Virus record (IMG/VR): IMGVR_UViG_3300037420_000730
Span: 1-45,873 of that record
Strand: one strand, 5' to 3'
Length of the DNA stretch: 45,873 nucleotides
Origin: a virus
Taxonomy: Duplodnaviria > Caudoviricetes
The notes under the pieces were generated by a model that saw only the letters and a list, made by a program, of their open reading frames with translations, was not told where the DNA came from and did not search any database. Below are positions 16,944 through 26,812 of this stretch, one piece after another. The stretch's first letter is position 1; every line of letters begins with the position of its first letter. The translations under genes and the position numbers were made by a program.

Positions 16944-19900
16944 GCGTCCTCGGCCAGATGTCCTTGACGGACAAGGGCGCTCCGCCGCTCCTGCCCAACC
17001 TTGCCGACCCGCCGGATTCAACCGGCTTCTTCAGCAATCTTTCCGCCGGCTTCACCCAGGCCAAGGCAGGACCGCACTCGACCCAGAACGCGAAAGCGAT
17101 CTACGAAAGCCGCTATTACGACCAGATCATCCAGGCGTTGAACGCGCAAGGCGAGAGCGCGACCGAGATGGTGCCGGTCCCGGTCCTTGCGACAAGCCCG
17201 TTCTATCACCCGCAGCCCGGCGACCAGGTTCTTCCCAACGGGCACGTTCTAACCCCGGTCAAGCGGCCGTTCGCCAATCCGTTCAGCGAAAGCCCGTCGC
17301 TGACCCGCGACGTCAACCCGGTCGCCAACTTCTACCTTGGCGGAGACGGTAACGAGATCAGTCAGATATGGGGTGCGGTGCAGAAGGTCCGGTTGAGCAA
17401 GCCGGACTTCCTCAAGGAGTTCAAGGACCAGCAGGCAATCGAGGCCCTGGCGAAACAGCAGCGCCAGTCCGACCTCATTACCTCCGACGCCGTGACGAGC
17501 CGGGCTACCACCCTCGGCAAAATCGGCGGTTTCATCGGCGGCATGGCGGGAAGCCTTGCATCGCTCGACCCGGAGAACGCCGTCGGCGGTTTTGCAAGCC
17601 CCGTCGAACGAGCGGCAGGGACGAGCGTCGCCAGGCAGATCGTCCGATCGTCTGCACATGGGGCGACCGCCAACGCGGCGGCCGGGCTGGTTGCGATCCC
17701 CGCACAGGAGGTCGACGCCGAATCTCTGGGACAGGCTCCGATGACCGCCGGGGAAATGGCAACCCATGTCGGGCAGAACGCGCTTGCAGGAGCAATCCTC
17801 GGCAGCGCGCATGTCGCCATTCCCGCCACCGTCAAGGCCGCGCCGGAAGCAATCGCCAACGCTGCCGCGACAGTCGGAGCGAAGCTGCCAGACACCGTTC
17901 GCGATCCGATCGTCGCCGCGTCGATCAGGGCTGGAACGGTCAAGGACCGCAACCTTCTTTACGAGTTCCAGCGCGCCCACGCCCCTTATTCGGCGGTGGA
18001 CACGTCGACCCCAACCGAGCGCGCCGCCGCGCATGTCATGACGAACGACGTCGAGACGCAGGAGCAATCGCCGCTCCAGCCCGAACATTCGGCGGACAAC
18101 AGCCAGCGGCTTACGGCCATCGCCAATTCACTCGGGGTCGATCTTCCCCCGGTTGCCCCGCCGACATCGGCTCCGGTCCAGATGCCGACGGTACGCGACC
18201 AATCCACCGCATCGGCGGCCCCGCGCAAGCCCGCTGGCTTTGCCGACGCAATCGCCGGCGCCGAAGGATCGACCCGCAATCCCCGCTCAACCGCCGACGG
18301 TTACGGCAATTTCATCGACAGCACATGGCTTTCGGTCGCTCCCAAGGTTACGGACACGACCGGCCTCTCGCGGGACCAAATCCTCCAGCTTCGCCACGAC
18401 AAGACGATAGCCGCCGCGGCAACCAATTATTACGCCGCGCAAAACAGCCGCTACCTTCGAATCCGTGGCCTTGAGGACAGCCCGGGAAACTTGAGCCTCG
18501 CCCACTTTCTCGGTCCCGCCGATGCGGCAAGGGTGCTTCAGGCCGATCCCCGGACTCCGATCGAGAGCATCCTTTCGCCCAAGGTCGTCAGCAAGAACCA
18601 TGAAGTTCTCGAAGGCAAGTCCGCGTCCGAGGTCGTCGCATGGGCGAACAAGCGGATCGGCGCCGCAGTCGACCAGCCTCCGGCCCGTCCCGATGCGGTC
18701 GATGCGGAGGGCTTCGATTACACCTCACCGGTTCCCTACACGGTGGAGATGCTTCGCCCCGACGAGGTTCAGACCAACGCGGCGCTGATGCAGTACAAGT
18801 CGGGAGGCGACGAGAACGGGGTCACTGATGCATTGAAGGGCGTCGAACAGTGGAATCCCATCCTCTCGCAACAGATCCTCGCATGGGAGCCGCGAGAGGG
18901 CGGACGGATCGTCGTCGACGGCCACCAGCGGGTGGGCTTGGCGCAGAGGCTCAACGACCCGGATATCCGCCTTCCCACTGTCGTCGTTCGCGAAGCGGAC
19001 GGGATCACTGCGGAGCAGGCGCGAGTCCTGGGCGCGCTCAGGAACATCGCCAACGGCACCGGCACCTTGCTCGACAATGCCAAGGTCTTGAGGGACGCGC
19101 CGGAGGCAGCGGCCATGCTTCCGTCCAATGCTTCCCTTGCGCGAGACAGCATGGCCCTGTCGCGCTTGTCCTATCCAGCGTTCGGGGCGGTCCTCAACGA
19201 TGTCGTCGATCCGAGGGTGGCGGTTCAGATCGGGCTTCACGCCGCGCATGCTCCGGAAAGCCACATGGCTCTGATCGACCTTCTCAGGAAGGAGAAGATC
19301 AGTAGCCCGAACGAGGCGGCGGCCGTCGTCCGGCAGGCGGCAACGGACGGCTTTGGAACGGCGGAGGAAAAGCAATTGTCGATGCTCGGCGATCAGCCGC
19401 AGCAGGCGCTTTACGTTCCCGCTTCCCGGATCATGGCCGCAGCGGCGAAACGCTTGCGCGAGGAAAAGCGCACGTTCCAGGTCTTGAGCGAAAAGGCGGG
19501 GCAGATCGAAGCGGCCGGGAATGTCTTGGACCGCACCGCGAACAAGGGTAAGGTGATCGGCAATGACGAAGCCCTCGCAATCCTCGAAAGGACCGCGCAT
19601 TCCGCAGGCCCCGTCAGGGACGCCCTCATCCGGGCGGCAAGAGCCGAGCTTTCCGGTGTTCGACGCGCCGAGGCCGTCAAGCAATTCCTCGACGAGCTCG
19701 GTTCCATCGACCTACGCGCTGCCGCCCGAGGAGTGGAATCGCATGGCGGCGCTGGCACAGCATCTCTCGGATCGGGACGTGACCTCGCCGCTGAAGCGCC
19801 GAACGAAGACGTTCCTCCAGGAGGCGAACCGAGCCTCTTTGACCAGGCCGTAGCCGCCCGCGACAACGCGGAGAAATTCTCCGACCCAATGGGCGAAGGC

Positions 19901-20176
19901 GCCAAGCAGCAGACGGCGCTGCTCGAGCATGACCTGAGGATGGACGCGCAGCCACGCGGCGTTCCCTACATCGACCCCAAGTTGCTGGCGAAGATCGGCG
20001 GCGGCTTTGCTGCCGACCACGAGTTCGCGCCAACCGAGCCTCCGCCCTTGTTCGACCTCCCCGAGACCGGCTTTCGCGTGTCCGAGGACGGCGACCGCCC
20101 GCGCTCGATTGAAGACATACTCAACGCGGCCGATGCCGACGAAGCCGCCGCACAAGCCCTGAAGGACTGCCTGTGA
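16940..20176 (+). CDS. Large internal virion protein with lysozyme/transglycosylase-like and ParB-like domains
   Basis: GTGA-coupled start at 16940. AEG...NP.STA.G..NFIDSTW...LAHFLGP is lysozyme-like; IVVDGHQR is ParB-like. Confidence 0.75.
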   Translation: MSVLGQMSLTDKGAPPLLPNLADPPDSTGFFSNLSAGFTQAKAGPHSTQNAKAIYESRYYDQIIQALNAQGESATEMVPVPVLATSPFYHPQPGDQVLPNGHVLTPVKRPFANPFSESPSLTRDVNPVANFYLGGDGNEISQIWGAVQKVRLSKPDFLKEFKDQQAIEALAKQQRQSDLITSDAVTSRATTLGKIGGFIGGMAGSLASLDPENAVGGFASPVERAAGTSVARQIVRSSAHGATANAAAGLVAIPAQEVDAESLGQAPMTAGEMATHVGQNALAGAILGSAHVAIPATVKAAPEAIANAAATVGAKLPDTVRDPIVAASIRAGTVKDRNLLYEFQRAHAPYSAVDTSTPTERAAAHVMTNDVETQEQSPLQPEHSADNSQRLTAIANSLGVDLPPVAPPTSAPVQMPTVRDQSTASAAPRKPAGFADAIAGAEGSTRNPRSTADGYGNFIDSTWLSVAPKVTDTTGLSRDQILQLRHDKTIAAAATNYYAAQNSRYLRIRGLEDSPGNLSLAHFLGPADAARVLQADPRTPIESILSPKVVSKNHEVLEGKSASEVVAWANKRIGAAVDQPPARPDAVDAEGFDYTSPVPYTVEMLRPDEVQTNAALMQYKSGGDENGVTDALKGVEQWNPILSQQILAWEPREGGRIVVDGHQRVGLAQRLNDPDIRLPTVVVREADGITAEQARVLGALRNIANGTGTLLDNAKVLRDAPEAAAMLPSNASLARDSMALSRLSYPAFGAVLNDVVDPRVAVQIGLHAAHAPESHMALIDLLRKEKISSPNEAAAVVRQAATDGFGTAEEKQLSMLGDQPQQALYVPASRIMAAAAKRLREEKRTFQVLSEKAGQIEAAGNVLDRTANKGKVIGNDEALAILERTAHSAGPVRDALIRAARAELSGVRRAEAVKQFLDELGSIDLRAAARGVESHGGAGTASLGSGRDLAAEAPNEDVPPGGEPSLFDQAVAARDNAEKFSDPMGEGAKQQTALLEHDLRMDAQPRGVPYIDPKLLAKIGGGFAADHEFAPTEPPPLFDLPETGFRVSEDGDRPRSIEDILNAADADEAAAQALKDCL

Positions 20177-22638
20177 CGATCCGCCGCTGCATCCCCGAAC
20201 TGTTGGGCCAGGGCAGGATCACCGACGAGCAGGCCGGGCGGATGCGTGACCTGTTCGAGGATTACGAGCGTCAGTATGGCGACGAAGCCTCGGCCTCCGA
20301 AGCCGCCGCCCGGGCCTTCGCCAACGAAGCCGCGCGGAAGAAGCGGCAGGACGTTCTCCAGGTCAAGGGCCAGCAGAAGATTGCCGGAGACGTGCGAAAG
20401 TTCAGGATCGACCGCCCGGGCCTTGCGGTGGAAGCGTTGCTGGCCGCGGACGATCGCGCGCCATATCCCAACGTCGAGTTCATGGACAAGGCGATTGCGG
20501 CCCAGCACTTCGCGATGATGAACGAGCTGATCCACCGCTTTTCCCGCGACGCGGCCGGGCGCGTCAGGGATGTCGCCACATTGAAGGATGTGCTGAGGGA
20601 AGCGTTCGGCCAAGAAACGGGGAACGCCAGCGCGAAGATATTGGCGAAGGCATGGCTGGAAACAGCCGAGTCGCTGCGTCTCCTGTTCAACAAGTGGGGC
20701 GGCGCGATCGGCAAGATCGAGAAATGGGGAATGCCGCAGACCCACAACATGCTCGCGGTCAGGGCAACCCCGTTCGAGCAATGGCGCGATTTCCTGATGG
20801 GCGACGAGTCGACCGAAGGATTGCTCGACCGGGGACGGATGATCGACGAGGAAACCGGGCTGCCGATGACGCCGCAGCGGCTGGAGCTTGCCCTGAGGTC
20901 GGTTTACGACACGATCATCTCCGACGGCTGGAACGAGCGCAGGGCCGGGGCTTTCACCGGGTCGAAGCTGGGCAATCGTCATGCCGACAGCCGGTTCCTG
21001 ATCTTCAAGGACGCGGATTCGTGGCTCGCCTATTCGGAGAAGTTCGGGCGTCCCTTGTCGAAGCTCAGCCAGAAGCTCGACCCGGGCGCGGCAATTTACG
21101 ACGCGATGATCTCGCACGTTCACGGCATGAGCCGGGACATCGCCCTGATGGAACGGCTTGGCCCCAATCCGGCGGCGACGATCCGCTGGCTGACCGACGG
21201 CCTTAAACAGGAAGCACACCTTCCCAAATATGCGGGCGACAAGCGGATCAAGCAGGCCGAATCGTCGGCGGTCAGGATCGGCAACATCTACAAGGAACTG
21301 ACCGGCGGTTTCGAGATCGAGCACCCGAAGCTGGCGCAAACCATGTCCAGCATCCGCGCGTGGGAAAGCGCGTCCAAGCTCGGCTCCGCCGTCCTCTCGT
21401 CGATGGGCGACATCGCCACCCAATATGTGACCCGCCGCTTCAACGGGCTTCCCTCGATGCGGGTCGGTGTCGATTACCTGCGCAGCCTCAAGCCGACGAG
21501 CGCTGCCGATCGCGCCCACGCCGCGCGCCAGTTCCATATCGCCGAAAGCGCGATCCGCACGATGGGCGCCTACAATCGCTGGACCGGCGAGGCGATGACG
21601 GGAGAAATCCCGGCCCGTCTTTCCAACGCGGTGATGCACCTGTCGCTTCTCGACAAGTGGACCGACGAAGGGCGGCGGCTGTTCAACAAGCAGGTCTGGG
21701 CGGCAATCACCGACAACGCCAACAAGAGTTGGGACACGCTCGGCAAGGGCGGAATGGACCGCCGATTTCGGCGGATGCTGGAGCGCTACGGCTTCAACGA
21801 AAGCGACTGGGAGTCGCTTCGCTCGACTCCGTTGCAGGAGGATGGCGGAGCACACTGGATATTGCCCGATAATGTCCGCGATCCGGAGCTCGGCCGGCGG
21901 GTTGCTGAAATGGCCTTGCAGGAGACGGAGATGGCGGTTCCGTCCTCCTCGCTGCGAATCCGTGCGGCGGTGGACGCCAATTTGCGGAAAGGCAGCATCC
22001 CGGGCGAATTGTTCCGATCAGCCCTCCAGTTCCGCGGCTATCCCCTGCAATTGTTCTGGTCGCATGGCCGCCGCGCCCTGGAAGAAGGCGGCTGGGGCGC
22101 GTTCAAATATGCCGGAACCCTGTTCATCGCCTCCAGCATCATGGGCGCGATGTCCTATCAGCTCGCGCGCATTGCGACCGGGCAGGACATGGCGAATCCG
22201 GACCCGCGCGAAAACCCGGATTTCATCGCGCAGGCTATCTTCAAGGGCGGCGGTTTGGGAATCTTCGGGGATCTGATGCAGCATGTGAACGCGAAGGACT
22301 GGCGCGACTTCCTCGCCCAGAACGCGGGCCCGGTCTATTCCGCCGTGCAGGACGTGGGCAACGTCGCCTTCTCGAAAAACCACGGGAAGGCGCTCGCCCA
22401 ATTGCTCCGCAACAACACGCCCGGGTCCACCCTCTGGTATGCCAAGCTCGCCTTCCAGCGGGAAGTCATCGACCAGATGCAGGCGATGATGGACCCGGAC
22501 TATCGCAAGAGCGCGGCGCGAATGGTGCAGTCGGCTCGCCAGCACGGCACGAATTACTGGTGGAAGCCGTTCATGACGGCCCCGGAGCGAGCGCCTCGGC
22601 TTTCAAGCCAGAGGCCGCCGCCGGTGCAGCAGCGTTAG
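20173..22638 (+). CDS. Large internal virion (ejection) protein
   Basis: 821 aa; MPQ.H, R.L.FKDA.SW..Y...FG and GGGLGIFGD motifs of BPP-1/epsilon15-type ejection proteins. Confidence 0.75.
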   Translation: MTIRRCIPELLGQGRITDEQAGRMRDLFEDYERQYGDEASASEAAARAFANEAARKKRQDVLQVKGQQKIAGDVRKFRIDRPGLAVEALLAADDRAPYPNVEFMDKAIAAQHFAMMNELIHRFSRDAAGRVRDVATLKDVLREAFGQETGNASAKILAKAWLETAESLRLLFNKWGGAIGKIEKWGMPQTHNMLAVRATPFEQWRDFLMGDESTEGLLDRGRMIDEETGLPMTPQRLELALRSVYDTIISDGWNERRAGAFTGSKLGNRHADSRFLIFKDADSWLAYSEKFGRPLSKLSQKLDPGAAIYDAMISHVHGMSRDIALMERLGPNPAATIRWLTDGLKQEAHLPKYAGDKRIKQAESSAVRIGNIYKELTGGFEIEHPKLAQTMSSIRAWESASKLGSAVLSSMGDIATQYVTRRFNGLPSMRVGVDYLRSLKPTSAADRAHAARQFHIAESAIRTMGAYNRWTGEAMTGEIPARLSNAVMHLSLLDKWTDEGRRLFNKQVWAAITDNANKSWDTLGKGGMDRRFRRMLERYGFNESDWESLRSTPLQEDGGAHWILPDNVRDPELGRRVAEMALQETEMAVPSSSLRIRAAVDANLRKGSIPGELFRSALQFRGYPLQLFWSHGRRALEEGGWGAFKYAGTLFIASSIMGAMSYQLARIATGQDMANPDPRENPDFIAQAIFKGGGLGIFGDLMQHVNAKDWRDFLAQNAGPVYSAVQDVGNVAFSKNHGKALAQLLRNNTPGSTLWYAKLAFQREVIDQMQAMMDPDYRKSAARMVQSARQHGTNYWWKPFMTAPERAPRLSSQRPPPVQQR

Positions 22639-22931
22639 CGCAACCGGCTGAGATAGAGCGAGCATCCGGACGGACTGCCGATCCCGCTCCACTTCTTGAC
22701 CTTGGCGTCGGGCGTGGCGACGACGTTGAACTGGCAGTCGCTGTTCTCGGTCCAGTAATAAACGGTGTTCCCGGCCATGACTTCCTGCCGTTGGGGATAG
22801 CCGAGCCGGTCGAATGCCACTTCCACCGGCTGGCCGATCAGGCTGTTCATCCCCTCGCTGAAGGGCCGCGTGCTCACCGTTGCACAGCCGGAAACGAGGA
22901 CCGCCAGAAGCATTACGCGCTTCATCGCCAT
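22635..22931 (-). CDS. Lipoprotein moron (possible superinfection exclusion)
   Basis: MKRVMLLAVLVSGC lipobox, RBS GGAGA, antisense to the structural operon. Confidence 0.75.
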   Translation of the reverse strand: MAMKRVMLLAVLVSGCATVSTRPFSEGMNSLIGQPVEVAFDRLGYPQRQEVMAGNTVYYWTENSDCQFNVVATPDAKVKKWSGIGSPSGCSLYLSRLR

Positions 22932-22971
22932 TTCTCCCTGTTGGGCGAGTGCATTTGCTCCCGTCCGCGCC

Positions 22972-23013
22972 GCGATTCAAGAGTGCGCCAGAGCGCCATA
23001 GCCACGGTGCATG
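22972..23013 (+). promoter_or_regulatory. Putative late promoter, copy 5 (GCGATTCAA-N16-CATAG-N9-ATG)
   Basis: Repeated motif upstream of the tailspike gene. Confidence 0.75.
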
Positions 23014-25653
23014 ACCATCTCCATCACGAGCGCGGTCACCGCCCCGCTTGCGGGCAACGGCGCGACCACGGCCTTTCCGTTCAGCTTCAAGGCGTTCACC
23101 GCCGCCGAGATCGAGGTCTGGCAGTCGGTCGGCGGCGCTGACCCCACGCTGGTCTCGCCTGGCGCCTACACGGTCACGCTCAACACCGGAGAGGGGGGCG
23201 CCGTCACCTTCGCGGTCGCGCCTGCGACCGGAACGGCCATCACCATCGAATCCAACCCGTCGTTTGCCCAACCCATCAGCTTCACCAATTCCGGCTCGTT
23301 CCTTCCAGAGACCCACGACCAGGCCAATGACCGGGCGGCCATTCGAGACATCTATCTCAATAGCCTGATGGACCGGGCGCTGAAAACGCCGGTCGGCGAA
23401 ACCGCGTCGGCCCTTCCGGGTGAAGCAGACCGTGCTGGCAATTACCTGGCATTCGACGCCGACGGCAACGCGATTGCCGGGGAATCGGTCGACGCAATCA
23501 CTCAGGCGCTCGCCGATATCAGCCAGAACACGACTGACATCTCGACCGTAACGGACCGCGCCAATCGTGCAATCGTGGTCCCTTCGGGTTCCGTCGATCC
23601 GCTGCCGGACGCCGCAACGCGCGGTGGCAAGTTCATGCAATGGGCGGCAACCGGCCTGTCGGTGCTGATGCTGTCGGCAAGCTCGCTGGTGATCGCGATC
23701 GCGCCGCAGCTGCAGGCCTACATCGGCGGCATCACCAAGGGCGACCCCGGCGGCAACGCGATGGCGATCGGCGCCTTCGAGGCGGCGGGAACGCTGAACA
23801 TTCCCGTCGGGACCGATGCGGTTCGGACCAGCGGCTATTATGCGGTGTCGCCGGGCAAGGGCATCGCCGACTATGCCTATGACGCGACGGTCGACGCGGC
23901 CTATGTGACGGCCAACCCACGGACCAGCTTCCGGACGGCGAACGGCCGCGGCTTCAAGCTGACCGGGGCGCGGGTCAACCCGCTGCAGACCGGCGCCGTG
24001 GGCGACAATGTGGCGGACGACAATCCGGCGATCGTGGCGGCGGTAAACAGCGGCATCGCGGTCGAAATCCCGAAGCCCTACACCTTCCGGACCACCGGCG
24101 GCATCGTCCTTCCCGACGGCGCGAAAATCTTCGGCTCTGGCGGCACGATCAATTTCGATGCGAGCGTCACCGCGTGGGCCTTTTGCCCGGGCGCGGACGG
24201 AACTGCGGTCAATGTCTCGAACATCTGGATCGAGGGCGTTCACCTCAAGAGCAGCTCCGATGTCGGGTTCATGCACTTCGTCCGGCTGTCGAACACCGGA
24301 ACCATCGACGGCTTCCGCTTCAACAGCAATACGGTTGATTATACCGCCGTTCCGAGCAATTCCAGCGACCGCTGGGTAATCACCGGCTCAGGCAAGGGTG
24401 GGACCCGGACAAACTTCCAGACCAATTTCAACGAGGTCAACGGACCGATGCAGCTGATCGCCACCGCGATCGGCGGCCACCTCGTCCAGCATTGGGAGAT
24501 CCTCTGCAACCAGCTGCGCAACTGCCGCTCCAACGCGATCGCGATCGTTTCGCTTGGAGCCGTCAGCGCCGGCAACCTCAACACCGGCGAAGATATTACC
24601 GTCGGCTGGAATGACATTTCCGCCGACACCTACACCGCCACCGGGATTTTCGTCGGCATCGACGGGGTCACCACCGACAAGTGCGTCGCCCTGCGCAGGA
24701 TCGAGCTGATCGGCAACACCATCAACATCGTCGCCGCCGGCAAAGGGCAGCCCGACATTATCATCAAATTGGGCAACAATTGCGCGAATCTCGGAGGCTT
24801 CGACAGCGTTGCCGACGTGATCACGCTCGACGGCAACAAGTGCTACGGGGGGATACAGGTCAACCAGGACCTGCCGACACCGACCACCGGGGCCAGCGGC
24901 ACGTCGCAGGCGACCAACTTCCTGCTCAAGAACGGTCGTTTCCTGGGCGGCGATATCAGCCTTGCCTATCTCGCGGACGGGGCCGGACTGATGAACAATC
25001 GGTCCTTCGGCTCCCCCCTTCGGTTGGGCAACAGCAACGGGCGCATCGAGTCGCAAAACAACCGCTGGCGCAGTTTCAACCCGGTCGACGGCAATGCCCA
25101 GTTCGCGTTCGTCTCGTCCAACGACACGTTCACCGGCATTCCGACCGGGACCGATCGCGTCGTCATCTTCAACGCCAATGCCGGCAAGGTCCAGACCGGC
25201 ATTTTCAATAATCCCACCATCGACAGCTATACCACCGGCCAGGCCTACGCGACGATCAGCACCCAGGGCGCCGGCAACCCGACCGTCACGGTGCGCGACC
25301 TTAAAACTTCGACCACCTGGGCGGTCAGCGGTGGCCGCTACGAGCGCCAGACGGGCACGATTACCGATATGACCGGCGGAGAGGTGTTCAGCACGAGCGT
25401 CGATCCTCCAAGCCTCGCGCCCGGCGCCTCCTCAGCCGAATTCACGATCACCAACGTCTTCGGCGCGCAGTTGGGCGATTTCGTGGAGCGGATCAGTTTC
25501 GGGATCGACACAAAGGGGATCGAGATACCCGCGCGTGTCTCCGCCGCGAACACGATCACCTTCTATTTCCACAACCCTGCGGGCAATCCCAACGGCACCG
25601 TCGACCTGGGCTCTGGCGCGGTGCGGGCCAGCTACCGCAGCAGGCTCGCCTAG
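23011..25653 (+). CDS. Tailspike / receptor-binding protein with probable beta-helix
   Basis: N-terminal GNG.TT.FPF.FK adaptor-binding domain; GAVGD.VADD..AI.AA beta-helix cap followed by Asn/Gly-rich strands. Confidence 0.85.
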   Translation: MTISITSAVTAPLAGNGATTAFPFSFKAFTAAEIEVWQSVGGADPTLVSPGAYTVTLNTGEGGAVTFAVAPATGTAITIESNPSFAQPISFTNSGSFLPETHDQANDRAAIRDIYLNSLMDRALKTPVGETASALPGEADRAGNYLAFDADGNAIAGESVDAITQALADISQNTTDISTVTDRANRAIVVPSGSVDPLPDAATRGGKFMQWAATGLSVLMLSASSLVIAIAPQLQAYIGGITKGDPGGNAMAIGAFEAAGTLNIPVGTDAVRTSGYYAVSPGKGIADYAYDATVDAAYVTANPRTSFRTANGRGFKLTGARVNPLQTGAVGDNVADDNPAIVAAVNSGIAVEIPKPYTFRTTGGIVLPDGAKIFGSGGTINFDASVTAWAFCPGADGTAVNVSNIWIEGVHLKSSSDVGFMHFVRLSNTGTIDGFRFNSNTVDYTAVPSNSSDRWVITGSGKGGTRTNFQTNFNEVNGPMQLIATAIGGHLVQHWEILCNQLRNCRSNAIAIVSLGAVSAGNLNTGEDITVGWNDISADTYTATGIFVGIDGVTTDKCVALRRIELIGNTINIVAAGKGQPDIIIKLGNNCANLGGFDSVADVITLDGNKCYGGIQVNQDLPTPTTGASGTSQATNFLLKNGRFLGGDISLAYLADGAGLMNNRSFGSPLRLGNSNGRIESQNNRWRSFNPVDGNAQFAFVSSNDTFTGIPTGTDRVVIFNANAGKVQTGIFNNPTIDSYTTGQAYATISTQGAGNPTVTVRDLKTSTTWAVSGGRYERQTGTITDMTGGEVFSTSVDPPSLAPGASSAEFTITNVFGAQLGDFVERISFGIDTKGIEIPARVSAANTITFYFHNPAGNPNGTVDLGSGAVRASYRSRLA

Positions 25654-26327
25654 CCGTGCGCCTTGACCACGAACACCCAGACGCGGCCCTTGTTCTTATG
25701 GGCAATGCCGTCGAGCTCGATAATCTCGTCGAGCGCATATTTTCCCCGCCCCCAGCGGTGGAGAAGGTAGGGAACCGCCATCGGGTGGGCGCCGAACGGG
25801 TCCATTTCGGACGAGTTGGCGTGCATCATCGTGTGCTCGATGTAGATGCGCCCGTTCGGGGCGAGCTGCGCGGCCCAGCTCGCAAGCGCCTTCTCCGGGT
25901 CGAACGCCTGGTCGAGCGAGTTGGTGTAGATGAACCCGAAGCGTCCGAGCCAGTCGGCTCGCGGGTCGTGGAAATCGTGACAGACCATGTTCGGAACGGT
26001 TTCCGCCGTCTCGGAAATGTCGGTCCCGATCACGTCCGCGCCGAGCCGATCCCTGAACCACTGAACCTCAAACCCGTTGCGGGCGCCGTGGCAGAGGCCC
26101 GGCGAGGCGATCCCGCGCGCTTCGATGTCGCTGGCGATCGCTTCGAGCGTCGTCGTGTCGGCCCAGACCTGGTCGAACTTGGCCTTGTTCCAGCGGATTT
26201 GCGTGTCGCGATATTTCGCCATTCCGCCCGCCCCGTAGTCATGCAAGCGGACGAACTGGTCGTGGGCGGGAACGAGCTTCAGACCAACCCGCTTGAGCGC
26301 GCGGTTGGCGAGGGATCGTGCTGGCAT
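25650..26327 (-). CDS. SAM-dependent methyltransferase-like moron
   Basis: GLCHGARNG, VIGTDIS, HDFH, FIYTNSLD and LAPNGRIYIE follow the class I MTase motif order. A TTGCGC-N18-TATGGC promoter-like element has its -12 T 12 nt upstream of ATG 26327. Confidence 0.7.
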   Translation of the reverse strand: MPARSLANRALKRVGLKLVPAHDQFVRLHDYGAGGMAKYRDTQIRWNKAKFDQVWADTTTLEAIASDIEARGIASPGLCHGARNGFEVQWFRDRLGADVIGTDISETAETVPNMVCHDFHDPRADWLGRFGFIYTNSLDQAFDPEKALASWAAQLAPNGRIYIEHTMMHANSSEMDPFGAHPMAVPYLLHRWGRGKYALDEIIELDGIAHKNKGRVWVFVVKAHG

Positions 26328-26401
26328 CCCGCCGCCATAGCCCCTGTCAGCCGCACCGCGCAAGCGGAGGGTCCGCTGTGACCCGTGGCCGCGGCTCTTC
26401 G

Positions 26402-26812
26402 ATGGGCGACCTTGGCGAGAAAGTCGCCGGTATCGACGCGCGGTTCGCTGCCTTCGAGAAATACGAGCACGAGCGCTGGCACAAGCTCAACAATGACCTG
26501 CAGCCGGTCGTCGCTCTTCCCGAGCGGGTGACTCGCGACATCGCCAAGCTGCAGGGAACATTCGAGGGCCGGATCAACAGCGTCTCCAAGGAACTGGAGC
26601 GAGCGATCACCTCCGCCGTCGAGAAGGCGATGGCCTCGGTCAACGCCGATGTCGCCGAGCTCAGGGCCGATGTCGACGCGCTCAAGCTCGCCAACAGCGG
26701 GCAGGAGGGCGAGCGCACCGTTCTCAAGTCGATCCTGCAAAGCCCGCTGCTCGTCTACGTCGTCATGGTCGCGGGGATCGTCTGGGCGGCGCTGACCGGG
26801 CGGCTCAAGTGA
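26402..26812 (+). CDS. Membrane-anchored coiled-coil protein (holin/antiholin-like)
   Basis: Coiled coil plus C-terminal TM segment; directly precedes the endolysin. Confidence 0.55.
   Translation: MGDLGEKVAGIDARFAAFEKYEHERWHKLNNDLQPVVALPERVTRDIAKLQGTFEGRINSVSKELERAITSAVEKAMASVNADVAELRADVDALKLANSGQEGERTVLKSILQSPLLVYVVMVAGIVWAALTGRLK

Noticed and set aside
14406-17021. Long antisense ORFs (also 4037-5782, 11947-13377, 19966-21855, 22603-24276)
   Set aside because: They shadow well-supported plus-strand genes in GC-rich DNA and show no recognisable motifs.
23011-26400. Diversity-generating retroelement, as in BPP-1
   Set aside because: No reverse transcriptase ORF recognised and no TR/VR repeat pair noticed near either fibre gene.
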